From an uncultured Planctomycetota bacterium (GTDB lineage Bacteria > Planctomycetota > Planctomycetia > Isosphaerales > Isosphaeraceae), in contig CAWJTV010000041.1 of assembly GCA_963845755.1 (NCBI GenBank), positions 718,418 through 782,417 of the forward strand: 64,000 bases of DNA. Direction: 5' to 3'. Positions 22,744 to 32,647 of the stretch are shown here, in pieces (the stretch's first letter is position 1; every line of letters starts with the position of its first letter). The notes beneath the pieces were generated by a model, which had not been told where the DNA came from, searched no databases, and saw nothing but the letters and a program-made list of their open reading frames with translations. The position numbers and the translations under genes are program-made.

Positions 22744-23250
22744 ATGAAAATGAGCTACGTCTACAAATCCATGAAATCCCCCGTTGGTAACCTCAAGCTC
22801 GTTGCGAGCGACAAGGGTCTGGCTGCTATCCTCTGGGAGGCCGACGATCCGCGCCGCGTCCGGTTGAGCGCCGAGACGGAGGATAGGACTCATCCCGTGC
22901 TCCTCGAGACGGAACGCCAGTTGAACGAGTATTTCGACGGAAGACGGAAGACGTTCTCCCTTGAACTCGATTTCGCGGGGACCGAATTCCAGAAAAAGGT
23001 GTGGCACGCCTTGCTGACGATCCCCTTCGGGGAGACCCGAAGCTACCGGGATATCGCGAAACAGGTCGGAAATGCCAGTGCGGTCCGTGCGGTGGGGGCC
23101 GCCAACGGCAAGAATCCCATTGCCATCGTCGCCCCTTGCCATCGGGTGATTGGCTCCACGGGCAAGCTGACAGGATTCGCGGGCGGTCTCGAGGCCAAAG
23201 CGCGTTTACTCGCATTGGAAACCGGACGAGAGGGCAAGGTGCAACAATGA
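22744..23250 (+). CDS. ogt: Methylated-DNA-protein-cysteine methyltransferase (copy 2)
   Basis: PCHRVIG..GKLTGFAGG canonical C-terminus. Confidence 0.95.
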   Translation: MKMSYVYKSMKSPVGNLKLVASDKGLAAILWEADDPRRVRLSAETEDRTHPVLLETERQLNEYFDGRRKTFSLELDFAGTEFQKKVWHALLTIPFGETRSYRDIAKQVGNASAVRAVGAANGKNPIAIVAPCHRVIGSTGKLTGFAGGLEAKARLLALETGREGKVQQ

Positions 23251-23350
23251 AAGCTGGCCAGAGCTTTCTCGAGAAAAGGCCGATGCAGTGCATGGAGATC
23301 CGCGGGGGCAACCAGGCGGTCGAAGAGTCCCTTGAGGCACCGGGGCTTAA

Positions 23351-24259
23351 GAGCGACTCGGAAAAAATGAGTTCACTGGCCCAGGAGCCTCAAACAGATC
23401 AAGGAACATGCTAACTTGAGGAACGCGTCTTGAATCTCGGTGAGCCGATCCAAACGGCGGCGCAGCCGGCCGAAGGAGTGCAGCCACGCGATGGTCCGCT
23501 CTACGTACCAGCGGGACTTGCCCAAACCGCTGCCGTGCTCCGTATTGCGGGCCGCCAGCACCGGCGTGGTCCCCCGGCCGCGCAAACCCTGCCGCACCGG
23601 TTCCGAGTCGTAGCCCCGATCCCCCTGCAAGCGGTCGGGCTTCTGCCGCTTCGGCCCCGGCTTGCCGCCCACCGGCGGCATGTCGTCGAGCGTCGTGAAG
23701 ACCTGGGTGATCTCGGGGACGTTGGCGGCGGTCACCGTCGCCGCCAGCGGCACGCCTTGGGCGTCGGTCATCACGTGGTGCTTGCTGCCGGATTTGCTCC
23801 GGTCCGTCGGATTCGGGCCGGTATCCTCGCCCCCTTCCGGGGCCTTGGCGAAGGAGGCGTCGATCAGCGCCCGCTCCCAGTCGATCGCGTCGCGCCGTTG
23901 AGCTCGGCCAGCAAGACGGCGTGCAACTGGCGCCAGACACCGGCCTGCTGCCACGCCTGCAGGTAGGACCGGCAGGTCTTGCCGCAGCCGCAGCCGAGGT
24001 CGGCGGGCAAGTCGTCCCAGGCGATGCCGGTCTTGAGCACGAACAAGATGCCGGTGAGGATCTTGCGGTAGTCCAGGGGTTTGCGTCCCGGGAAGCGGAA
24101 GCGGCGCGGAGGCGGGGGTGGCAGCAAGGGCTCCAGGCGCTTCCACAGCGCATCGGAGACAAGGGGTTTCATGGTGGTCCTCCTTCGGTTCGGGAGATCA
24201 CTCTCCGAAGGACTCAAGAGCAGACAGCGTGCCAGTGGATTCATTTTTTCCGAGCGCTC
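23351..24259 (-). mobile_element. IS5-family insertion sequence (909 bp) with TAA target duplication
   Basis: About 29-bp imperfect terminal inverted repeats GAGCG(A)CTCGGAAAAAATGA.T.CACTGGC; TAA at 23348-50 and 24260-62. Confidence 0.93.
23373..24172 (-). CDS. IS5-family DDE transposase (frameshift near 23890)
   Basis: 'VSDALWKRLEPLLP', 'GILFVLKTGIAW', 'IDASF', 'GSKHHVMTDAQGVPLA', 'GDRGYD', 'RWYVERTIAWL'. Confidence 0.92.
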
Positions 24260-25063
24260 TAAGGAATGGGTATACAGTCGCCCCTACGGGTCGGCGGCCA
24301 GCGGTGGCGACGTCCATTACGTGTCGCTGTGCGCGAGCGGGACCATCTCCCGTTTGATCCTGGCCGACATCTCCGGTCATGGTGTGGAGGTCGCGGGGGT
24401 CGCTACGGCGCTCCGCACGCTGATGGAGAAGAACATCAACGCCGCGGATCAGACCCAGTTGGTCCAGAACATGAATCGCCAGTTCGCCGAGATCGCCGAG
24501 ATGCAGCGTTTCGCGACGGCCGTCGTCGCGACATATCTGACCGTCGACGAAAGCCTCACTGTCTCGAACGCCGGCCATCCGCGCCCGCTGTGGTGTCGTT
24601 CCCAGGACGGCTCGTGGGGTTTCCTGGGCCCGGCCGTCGGCGATGTCGGCAACCTCCCATGGGGGCTCGACGACCAGACGCCCTACCAGCAATTCTCGGT
24701 GCATCTCGCGCGGGGCGACCTCGTCCTGTTCTATTCCGATGCCATGATCGAGGCCGCTGACCCTGCGGGACGGCAGCTCGGCGAAGAAGGGCTGCTGACA
24801 CTGGCACGGGGCCTCGATGCCGAGAATCCGATCCGGGCCGGCCGAGGCTTGCTCGAGTCCGTCGTGGCCCATCGTGGGGGACGGGAGGCCGATGACGACG
24901 TGACAATCGTCGCCTGGCACCATACCGGAAATGATCCGCGACGTTTCCAATGATGTCCAATTTTGATTCGTGATCGACACAGGGTCGCTCAAGAGGCCGG
25001 CTTGTGCTGGCGGAATGGCCTCCCGGTTGATCGCCGTCGCCATTGTCTGAAAAGGATCCTAAC

Positions 25064-26182
25064 ATGTTCAAACCTCCAATAAAATCGCTTTTCTTGCCTC
25101 TGAAGGTCGGCCCGCTCACGCTGTCGCACCGTGTCGTGATGGCGCCACTCACACGCCTCCGTTCAGACCAGCCGGGGGATATCCCCAATGACCTGATGGT
25201 CGAATACTACCGCCAGAGGGCCTCGCGAGGCGGTCTCATCATCACCGAGGCGACCACGATCTCCATCACAGGCCGTGGATATCTCGGTGCACCTGGGATC
25301 TACTCCGACGCGCAGGTCGCCGCATGGCGGAAGGTCACCGACGCGGTCCACGCGAAGGGCGGCTCGATTTTCCTCCAGTTCTGGCACGTCGGGCGTGTCG
25401 GCCACGTGGACATGAGCGGAGGTGCGCCGCCGGTAGCCCCGTCGGTGGTGCCCTTCGAGGGTGTCGTCTTCACGAAGGATGGCTGGGTCCCGGCCTCGCC
25501 GCACCGGGCGCTTGAAACGGAGGAGATTCCCGAGATCGTCGAGGACTACAGGAAGGCCGCCGAGCGTGCCCGGGCCGCCGGTTTCGACGGCGTCGAGGTC
25601 CATGCCGGGAATGGCTACCTCCTTGACCAATTCCTGCAAGATGGCACCAACAGGAGGACGGATGCTTACGGAGGATCGGTGGAGAATCGTGCCCGATTCT
25701 TGTTCGACGTCTTTGAAGCCGTCGCGTCATGGTGGGGTGCGGATCGAGTCGGCGTCAGAGTCTCGCCGAGCACACAGTTCAACGCGATGTCAGACAGCGA
25801 TCCCGGCACCCTGTACGGCCACGTCGCAGGGCGACTGAACGGATACTCGCCCGCCTACCTCCATATCATCGAGCCGCGCATCAAGGGCATTGAGGCCATC
25901 ACGGAAGGCCTGCCCCCGGTGGCGACCGCCCAGCTTCGGAGGTCGTTCACGGGGAATATCCTGTCAGCCGGAGGCTTCGAGCCGGAGAGCGCCGAGGCGA
26001 TCGTGAGGAGCGGGGATGCCGACATGGTCGCGTTCGGCCGGCATTTCATCGCGAACCCCGACCTGCCGGAACGGATCAGGCTCGGCCTGTCGCTCAACAT
26101 CTATGACCGATCCACCTTCTACGGGGGGGATTCCCGCGGCTACACCGATTATTCGTTTTATCATGATCATGCGATGCTTTGA
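25064..26182 (+). CDS. Alkene reductase, Old Yellow Enzyme (NemA/XenB-like)
   Basis: 'VMAPLTRLR', 'GLIITEAT', 'QFWHVGR', 'GFDGVEVHAGNGYLLDQF', 'FGRHFIANPDL', 'TFY..GYTDY'. Confidence 0.95.
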   Translation: MFKPPIKSLFLPLKVGPLTLSHRVVMAPLTRLRSDQPGDIPNDLMVEYYRQRASRGGLIITEATTISITGRGYLGAPGIYSDAQVAAWRKVTDAVHAKGGSIFLQFWHVGRVGHVDMSGGAPPVAPSVVPFEGVVFTKDGWVPASPHRALETEEIPEIVEDYRKAAERARAAGFDGVEVHAGNGYLLDQFLQDGTNRRTDAYGGSVENRARFLFDVFEAVASWWGADRVGVRVSPSTQFNAMSDSDPGTLYGHVAGRLNGYSPAYLHIIEPRIKGIEAITEGLPPVATAQLRRSFTGNILSAGGFEPESAEAIVRSGDADMVAFGRHFIANPDLPERIRLGLSLNIYDRSTFYGGDSRGYTDYSFYHDHAML

Positions 26183-26203
26183 TCGAGTTGGAGGCATGGC
26201 GAG

Positions 26204-27049
26204 ATGAGCTTTTCGAAGTTCGCGAAAACGGACCATCCGATCCACGAATTGCTATCAGATCGCTGGAGCCCCACCGCTTTCTCGAACCGCCCCGTCCCGG
26301 ACGAAGACCTCCGGTCGCTCTTCGAAGCGGCCCGCTGGACGGCCTCGTCCTATAACGAGCAACCGTGGCGCTACGTCGTGGCGACCCGGGCGGACCACGA
26401 AGGCTTCGAGCGGCTGCTCTCCTGTCTTGTTGACGTGAACGCGGCGTGGGCCAAAGAGGCGCCGGTGCTCGCGCTGGCCTGCACACACCTGACCTTCGAC
26501 CGCAACGGCCAGCCCAACGCGGCCGCCGAGCATGACCTTGGGGCGGCCGGCGCCAGCCTGACGCTGGAGGCGACCGCGCGGGGGCTGCGAGTCCACCAGA
26601 TGATCGGCATCCTGCCCGACCGGGCTCGCGAGTTGTACGGCATCCCGGCCGATGTCAGGCCCTTCACATGCCTGGCCATCGGTTACACGGGAGACCCGGC
26701 CGCGTCGTCAAGAGAGATCCGGGAGCGCGACCTCACACCACGACGGCGGAAGCCGTTGTCCGAGTTCGTGTACGAGGAGCATTGGGGGACGGCGTCCGGC
26801 CTCGTGACGCGAGGCATCGAAACCCGTCGCCCGAACCGCATTCGCCGGCGATCCGTACTCACCGGATTCCGGCGCGATTGCCGTGAGAAGCCCGCTTTTC
26901 CTGAACCACTCTTTGACAATCGTCAAAGCTCGTTAGGTCGATCGGATGTACGACTTGTCGCCGAAAGATCATCGATCGGCGATGGACTTTCTTTTCCAGG
27001 AGATCCACCATGTTACACCGCATCACTCTCGGCACCTTGTTGGTGTTGA
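26204..27049 (+). CDS. Nitroreductase family protein (3' end probably overextended)
   Basis: 'RWSPTAF', 'LFEAARWTASSYNEQPWRY', 'HDLGAA', 'VHQMIG'. Confidence 0.85.
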   Translation: MSFSKFAKTDHPIHELLSDRWSPTAFSNRPVPDEDLRSLFEAARWTASSYNEQPWRYVVATRADHEGFERLLSCLVDVNAAWAKEAPVLALACTHLTFDRNGQPNAAAEHDLGAAGASLTLEATARGLRVHQMIGILPDRARELYGIPADVRPFTCLAIGYTGDPAASSREIRERDLTPRRRKPLSEFVYEEHWGTASGLVTRGIETRRPNRIRRRSVLTGFRRDCREKPAFPEPLFDNRQSSLGRSDVRLVAERSSIGDGLSFPGDPPCYTASLSAPCWC

Positions 27050-27980
27050 CGACGCTGGGACTCCCCTCGAAGCGGAGTGCAGCAGCCGAACCGCGACCGC
27101 AGAACCCTCAGGTCGCATATCGAACGGTGAAGACCGACGGAGTCGACATCTTCTACCGGGAGGCCGGTCCGAAAGACGCTCCGGCCATCCTGCTCCTGCA
27201 TGGGTTCCCGTCTTCATCGCACATGTTCCGCAACCTGATTCCACGGCTAGCGGACAGATTCCATGTCGTCGCACCGGATTTCCCGGGATACGGCAACAGC
27301 TCCGCCCCGCCTGTCCAGAAATTCGAGTACACTTACGCACATTTTACAGACGTGATTGAACACTTCACCGAACAGATCGGACTGAAGTCGTACGCGCTTT
27401 ACCTTCAAGACATCGGTTCCTCGGTCGGGTACCGCCTGGCCAGCAAGCATCCGGAGCGTGTGACGGCGCTCGTGATCCAGAACGGCGAGGCTTATCTCGA
27501 AGGTATCAACAAGGAGTTCTTCAAACCACTCGAAGCCTACTGGAAAGTGGCGCACCGAGGAGAATGAGAAAACGTTGCGCTCATGGCTGCTCACGGTGGA
27601 AGGAACCAAATGGCACTACGTCCACGGTGCCCGCGATGCCGAGGCAATCAGCCCCGATAATTGGACCATCGACCAGGCGTTCGAAGATCGCCCAGGCAAT
27701 AAAGAGATTCAGTTGGCGATCTTGTACGACACCCAGACGAATCTGGGGCTTTACTCGACCTGGCAAGCCTACTTTCGAGAGCACCAACCGCCAACTCTCG
27801 TCGTGTGGGGCAAGAACGACGGCATTTTCACCACCGAAGGGCGCCCACCTGTACAAGCGCGATTTGAAGAATATTGAATTCCATCTCCTCGACACAGGTC
27901 ACTTCGCGTTAGAGGAAGACCTGGACCGGATCTCTTCGCTCATGTGTGATTTTCTCGGCCGAACTGTGACCAGGAGGTAG
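27010..27980 (+). CDS. Alpha/beta hydrolase with signal peptide (two frameshifts)
   Basis: 'IFYREAG', '[13 protein letters not shown]', 'APDFPGYG', 'QDIG', 'VWGKND', 'DTGHFALEE'. Confidence 0.88.
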
Positions 27981-28262
27981 CTCGATCATACCGGTGATCG
28001 TGGCCCTCTGCTTGTCGAGAAGAAGGGCGAGCCGGTCCGAGTCAGAATCTGCCATGATCGGTTGATGGAGGGAGAGATGATGGTTCCCATCGCGCCTCAG
28101 GATCGTTCCCAAAGACGTTTGCAGACTCGCAGGAGCTTGCTGCTGCTCTCTCTGTCGCCGGTCATGGCGACCGTGACGACTGCTTATCGGCAAGTCGTCC
28201 CGATCAAGAAGCAACCCCCCGGTGCGAGGTCCCAAATCTCCCCAATCCCAGGAGCAAGCAAC

Positions 28263-28649
28263 ATGCCGCACTCCAACCAAGACATCGGAATTGCCAAGCA
28301 GATCGGCACCTACAGTGACGCCGTCGAGGTGAAGCCCAACTTGCGATGGTTGATGACTTCCGGAACTCCCGGCCTCTCGGAGTCGGGCCAACTTCCTGCG
28401 GACATCACGGGCCAGGCCGAGCTCGCCTGGAAGCATATCATCCGCATGCTGGAAAAAGCCGACATGACCGTCGCCGACGTGGTCAAGGTCTCCCAGTATC
28501 TGACGCGAGCCGAGGACATTCCGGCCTACGTGAAGGTGCGATCACGTTTCCTCGGCGATGCGCGGCCGGCTTTTGTGCTCCTCGTCGTCTCCCAGCTCAT
28601 CCGACCGGGGATTCTGGTGGAGGTCGAGATCGTCGCCGCCAGGGCGTAG
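28263..28649 (+). CDS. RidA/YjgF family protein
   Basis: 'IGTYSDAVEV', 'TSGTPG', 'ITGQAE', 'LVEVEIVAA'. Confidence 0.9.
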   Translation: MPHSNQDIGIAKQIGTYSDAVEVKPNLRWLMTSGTPGLSESGQLPADITGQAELAWKHIIRMLEKADMTVADVVKVSQYLTRAEDIPAYVKVRSRFLGDARPAFVLLVVSQLIRPGILVEVEIVAARA

Positions 28650-28660
28650 GGGGGGAAAAC

Positions 28661-28726
28661 GTGTCACATCCCGAGGAATTCGACGTGCCGGTGCTCGGCC
28701 GCGGGACGGGCAGGTACGTCGCCTGA
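28661..28726 (+). pseudogene. N-terminal remnant of a pyridine nucleotide-disulfide oxidoreductase
   Basis: VSHPEEFDVPVLGRGTGRYVA* resembles MSSREKYDLVVLGSGRGRFFAW at 31191. Confidence 0.6.
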
Positions 28727-28750
28727 TGGATCCCAAGGAGCAAGAATCCC

Positions 28751-29173
28751 ATGAACATTCAGGCAGAAATCCGCCACGTCTACGAGCGTTGGCACGAGAT
28801 GATCGTGAGCCGCAATCTCGATGGTCTGATGGAGCTCTATGCCGAGGATTCCGTCCTCGAGAGCTCCGCGGTCCTTGTCCTGGAGAAAAACAGCACGGGT
28901 GTCTTGAAGGGGCGCGATCGCATCAAGAAGCATTTCGCCGCCTTCTTCGACATGATGAAGCAGGACGCTGCCGTCGAGCTGTACCGACCCGGCACTTTCT
29001 TCTCCGATGGCAAGACGCTGGTGTGGGAGTATCCGAGCAAGACGCCTCGAGGCGATCAGTTGGACGTCGTCGAATCCATGGATCTCGAGAACGGACGGAT
29101 CGCCTATCACCGCGTCTACTGGGGTTGGATCGGCTTCAAGGCCCTCTGGGCCGCAGCCGACCGGTCGAAGTGA
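28751..29173 (+). CDS. SnoaL/NTF2-like protein
   Basis: 'LYAEDSVLES', 'GRDRIKKHF', 'LVWEYP', 'GRIAYHRVYWGW'. Confidence 0.85.
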   Translation: MNIQAEIRHVYERWHEMIVSRNLDGLMELYAEDSVLESSAVLVLEKNSTGVLKGRDRIKKHFAAFFDMMKQDAAVELYRPGTFFSDGKTLVWEYPSKTPRGDQLDVVESMDLENGRIAYHRVYWGWIGFKALWAAADRSK

Positions 29174-29221
29174 CGTCTGCACCTTTCGCCAATCGACATT
29201 CGCGGATCGAAGATGAGTTTC

Positions 29222-29895
29222 TTACCTCGAATTGCGATTGCGAGATGCCCGGGCGCGGTGCGCCGCGGCCTTTGCGCGGTTTCCGCAGAGGGCCATGCTG
29301 CACCATCGTCTGGCGTGGGCCTTCGTCTTGTCGAGGAAAAGCAGGACGCAGCCCTTGCCCTCGCAGGCACGGACCAGTCGGAAGTCTTCGTTGCAGACCA
29401 GGTCGGCGATCGCCTCCGCGAGCGGCTGCAAGAGCTGCTCGGCGCGGTCCATCGCCGCACTCTTTGCAGGCGAAGCGGGCCTTGGTCGAGGGCCGGTGCC
29501 GCCTCCAGGTCACCACCGCCCTCGACCTGCCAGTAAGAATCGCTTCGCGCGAGCAGGTCATTCAGCGGGCCCAGCTCCGCTGCGGCTCCTGGTCCGAGTT
29601 CGCGCCCGGCATGTCGCGCGACGAACCCTCGCAGCCATTCGCGCAGGGTCCTGGCCCGCTCGGCGAGCTCGTTGAGCGCCTCGCGGGCGCCCGCATGCTC
29701 TCGGAAGCGGCGCGCGTCTGCCCCCTCGATGGCGCCGGCCTCCTCGAGCCAGTCGAGGAGTTCGGTCCCATCGCGCAGCCACTCCGTCCAGACGCCGAGC
29801 GGCGTGGACCGGCTATTGACGAAGTCCAGAGCCAGGTGGTCGCCGGTAAAGAACGCGGGAGGAAGGGTCTTGGGGTCGGGAGGCAAGTTTTCCAT
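29222..29895 (-). CDS. ABATE domain / CGNR zinc-finger putative transcriptional regulator (frameshift near 29445)
   Basis: 'GDHLALDFVNS' N-terminus; 'RACEGKGCVLLFLDKTKAHARRWCSMALCGNRAK'. Confidence 0.9.
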
Positions 29896-29940
29896 CTTCA
29901 GGGGCACCTGAGGGATTGTTTCTCTGATCCAATTCAATAG

Positions 29941-30010
29941 TAACCTCCAAAATCCTGTTGGACAAGTTAATAGACTGGCCATAACCTTCGTTGAAGGCAT
30001 TGTCCGGTTA
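29941..30010 (+). promoter_or_regulatory. Sigma70-like promoter overlapped by tandem TAACC-N19-RGTTA operators, in the divergent region of the CGNR gene
   Basis: TGGACA 29959-64, 17 bp, TAACCT 29982-87; TAACC at 29941 and 29982, AGTTA at 29965, GGTTA at 30006. Confidence 0.8.
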
Positions 30011-30107
30011 TGGGACGAGTGGATGCCCAGGCTCGCTGTCGCGTCCCTGGAACGGCAGTTGGAGCCGGTGCCGAAACAATCTGTCATCAACACGTTCAGG
30101 AATCACC

Positions 30108-30983
30108 ATGAGATTCTCATCACCGATCGAAGGTTTTCGACTCGCCTATGATCGGGTCGGCTCCGGCCCACCCGTTATCCTCTTACACGGTTGGCCCGGC
30201 GATCGGACCGACTATCGGGAACTGGTGCCGCTCCTGGCCGGCTCTGCCGAAGTCGTGGTGCCCGACCTGCGCGGCTTCGGGCACTCCGAAAAGCACCTCG
30301 ACGAGCCGGAGCAGGCCTATTCGGGGGCGGCGCAAGCCCGGAGCATCGCCGGGTTGATCGACGAGTTGGGGCTGGGTCCCGCCGTGATCGCGGGTTACGA
30401 CGTCGGAAGCTTCGTCGCCCAGACCGTCGCCAGGACGCGGCCGGATCTGGTGCGTGCCCTCGTCGTCTCTCCGCCGCTCCCCGGCGCGGGCAGGAGGGTG
30501 CTGTCCCCGGAGGCGGCGCGGGAGTTCTGGTATCCCCCCTTTCACCGCCTCGACCTTGCCGAACAGCTTATCGACGGGAATCCCAAAGCGGTTCGCGCAT
30601 ACTTGCGGCACTTCTGGTCGCACTGGTCGGGGCCGAACTATGAAGTTGACGACGCCGATCTCGATCACCTCGTGGGCGTCTATTCTGCTCCCGGCGCCTT
30701 CACGGCGTCGGTCGGGTGGTATCGCTCGTCATCCAGCCCGGACGTCGCCTATGTCGCCGAGATCGCGCCGGAGCGGGTAGACCGGATCAGCATTCCCACG
30801 ACCGTCCTCTGGCAGGAATTCGACCCGATCTTCCCGAGAGAATGGTCCGATCGCCTGGATGAGTTCTTCGCCGACGTGTCCCTGGAGATGCTCAACGGGG
30901 TCGGTCACTTCACGCCGCTGGAGGCTCCTGACCGGATCGCTTCGGCCATCAAGAAACGACTCGCGGCGCCTGACGACCGGTGA
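30108..30983 (+). CDS. Epoxide hydrolase-like alpha/beta hydrolase
   Basis: 'LLHGWPG', 'VPDLRGFGHS', 'GYDVG', 'GVGHFTPLEAP'. Confidence 0.9.
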   Translation: MRFSSPIEGFRLAYDRVGSGPPVILLHGWPGDRTDYRELVPLLAGSAEVVVPDLRGFGHSEKHLDEPEQAYSGAAQARSIAGLIDELGLGPAVIAGYDVGSFVAQTVARTRPDLVRALVVSPPLPGAGRRVLSPEAAREFWYPPFHRLDLAEQLIDGNPKAVRAYLRHFWSHWSGPNYEVDDADLDHLVGVYSAPGAFTASVGWYRSSSSPDVAYVAEIAPERVDRISIPTTVLWQEFDPIFPREWSDRLDEFFADVSLEMLNGVGHFTPLEAPDRIASAIKKRLAAPDDR

Positions 30984-30984
30984 T

Positions 30985-31180
30985 CTCCCGAAGGAGAAGG
31001 GGGTCACGGGCCAGATGGAGCGCGCCGGCATGACGGTCGCCGACGTGGTTGAGGTTGTCCGATATCTCACGCGTGCCGAAGATATCCAATCCTACGTGAA
31101 GGTGCGGAGCCGTTTCCTGAGCGGGGCACCGCCCGCATCCAGGCTCCTTGTCGTTTCCCAGTTCGTGTGGCCCGAGTTCC
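30985..31180 (+). pseudogene. RidA remnant (internal fragment)
   Basis: 'MTVADVVEVVRYLTRAEDIQSYVKVRSRFLSGAPPA..LVVSQ' closely matches the RidA at 28263. Confidence 0.85.
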
Positions 31181-31190
31181 GGAGGCAAAC

Positions 31191-32606
31191 ATGTCATCTC
31201 GCGAAAAATACGACCTGGTAGTGCTCGGCAGCGGGAGGGGCCGGTTCTTCGCCTGGTCGCTGGCTTCGCAAGGGAAGCGGGCGGCGGTCGTCGAGCGGAA
31301 GTATGTCACGGGATCCTGTCCCAGCATCGCGTGCCTCCCCAGCAAGCACCTGATCCACGGCGCGAAGGTTGCCAGCTATTTCCGCAGGGGCGCCGAGTTC
31401 GGAATCACCCCGGGCGACTGGAAAGTCGAGATGCCCGCCGTACGAGACCACAGGCGGAAGATGATCGATGGGATGGTCGATCTGAATCATCAGAACTATC
31501 GAGAGAGCGGCGCGGAACTCGTCATGGGGCAAGGCTGGTTCGTCGGGCCGAAGACGATCGAGGTGGCGACCACCAACAGCGGGCCGCGCACCCTCCGCGG
31601 CGACGTCGTCGTGATCAGCACGGGCTCCCGTGCTCGGATCGACCCGATCCCGGGCCTCGCCGAGGCGCGGCCGATGACGCACATCGAGCTCCTCGATCTG
31701 GACCGCGTCCCGAACCACCTCCTTGTCCTGGGGGGCGGCTACGTCGGATTGGAGCTGGCCCAGGCGATGCGACGCTTCGGCAGCCGCGTGACGCTCATCG
31801 AGCGGAACGACGACCTGGCCCACCAGGAGGACCGCGACGTCTCGGAGGCCCTGCGGGAGCTCTTCGACGACGAGGGGATCGAGGTCCGCACGGGCATGCG
31901 CGTCGACCGCGTCGAGGGGCGTTCCGGCGAGTCCGTGAGGCTGCACGCGACGCGTGACGGAGCAGGGGTCTTGCTCGAGGGCTCGGACATCCTGGTCGCG
32001 AGCGGACGGACGCCGAACACCGACGGCATCGGCCTGGAAGCTGCCGGGATCGAGCGGGACGACCGGGGTTTCGTCAAGGTCGACGAGCGGCTCCGGACCA
32101 CGGCACCCGGCGTATGGGCGGTGGGCGATTGCGCCGGGAGCCCTCACTTCACGCACATCGCCGACGATGATGTCCGCGTGGTCCGCGACAACCTCGCCGG
32201 CATCGACCGAACGACGACCGGCCGTCTCGTGCCTTTTTGCTTGTTCACCGATCCCGAGCTAGCCCGGGTCGGCCTGAGCGAGTCGGAGGCGGCGAGTCGT
32301 GGGATCGCCTACCGGCTCGCGAAGATCCCCGTGACCATGGTCCTCCGCTCCCGGACCCTCTCCGAGACACGCGGATTCTACAAGGCCCTGGTCGCCGCCG
32401 ACAGCGACCGCATCCTCGGCTTCACGGCGTTCGCCCCCGAGGCCGGCGAGGTCCTGGCGGCCGTCCAGGTCGCGATCGCCGCAAGCCTCCCTTACACGTC
32501 CCTGCGCGACGCGATCCTGACCCATCCGACGATGGCGGAAGGGCTCGCCACGCTCTTCAGCCAGGTGCCGGCCCGCTCCGACGCCACGGCGGTCGCGGCT
32601 TCATAA
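31191..32606 (+). CDS. Pyridine nucleotide-disulfide oxidoreductase (RclA/MerA-like, no MerA C-terminal Cys pair)
   Basis: 'GSCPSIACLPSK' redox disulfide; 'LVLGGGYVGLE', 'GRTPNT', 'WAVGD', 'THPTMAEG'. Confidence 0.9.
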   Translation: MSSREKYDLVVLGSGRGRFFAWSLASQGKRAAVVERKYVTGSCPSIACLPSKHLIHGAKVASYFRRGAEFGITPGDWKVEMPAVRDHRRKMIDGMVDLNHQNYRESGAELVMGQGWFVGPKTIEVATTNSGPRTLRGDVVVISTGSRARIDPIPGLAEARPMTHIELLDLDRVPNHLLVLGGGYVGLELAQAMRRFGSRVTLIERNDDLAHQEDRDVSEALRELFDDEGIEVRTGMRVDRVEGRSGESVRLHATRDGAGVLLEGSDILVASGRTPNTDGIGLEAAGIERDDRGFVKVDERLRTTAPGVWAVGDCAGSPHFTHIADDDVRVVRDNLAGIDRTTTGRLVPFCLFTDPELARVGLSESEAASRGIAYRLAKIPVTMVLRSRTLSETRGFYKALVAADSDRILGFTAFAPEAGEVLAAVQVAIAASLPYTSLRDAILTHPTMAEGLATLFSQVPARSDATAVAAS

Positions 32607-32647
32607 AACCTCAACGCGCCCAGCATTCAGAAGGAGCTCGTTCCACC

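Larger units (their letters stand above)
23247..24953 (+). pseudogene. PP2C/SpoIIE-type phosphatase interrupted by an IS5-family element
   Basis: Removing the IS and one TAA restores 'EAPGLK-EWVYSRPY...GGDVHY...ADISGHG...NAGHP...YSDAMIE...DDDVT'. Confidence 0.9.

Noticed and set aside
23864..23900. Programmed frameshift in the IS5 transposase
   Set aside because: No slippery A-run at the junction, and it cannot be told apart from the background indel errors.
31191..32606. Mercuric reductase / mer operon
   Set aside because: No C-terminal Cys-Cys pair and no merR, merT or merP nearby.
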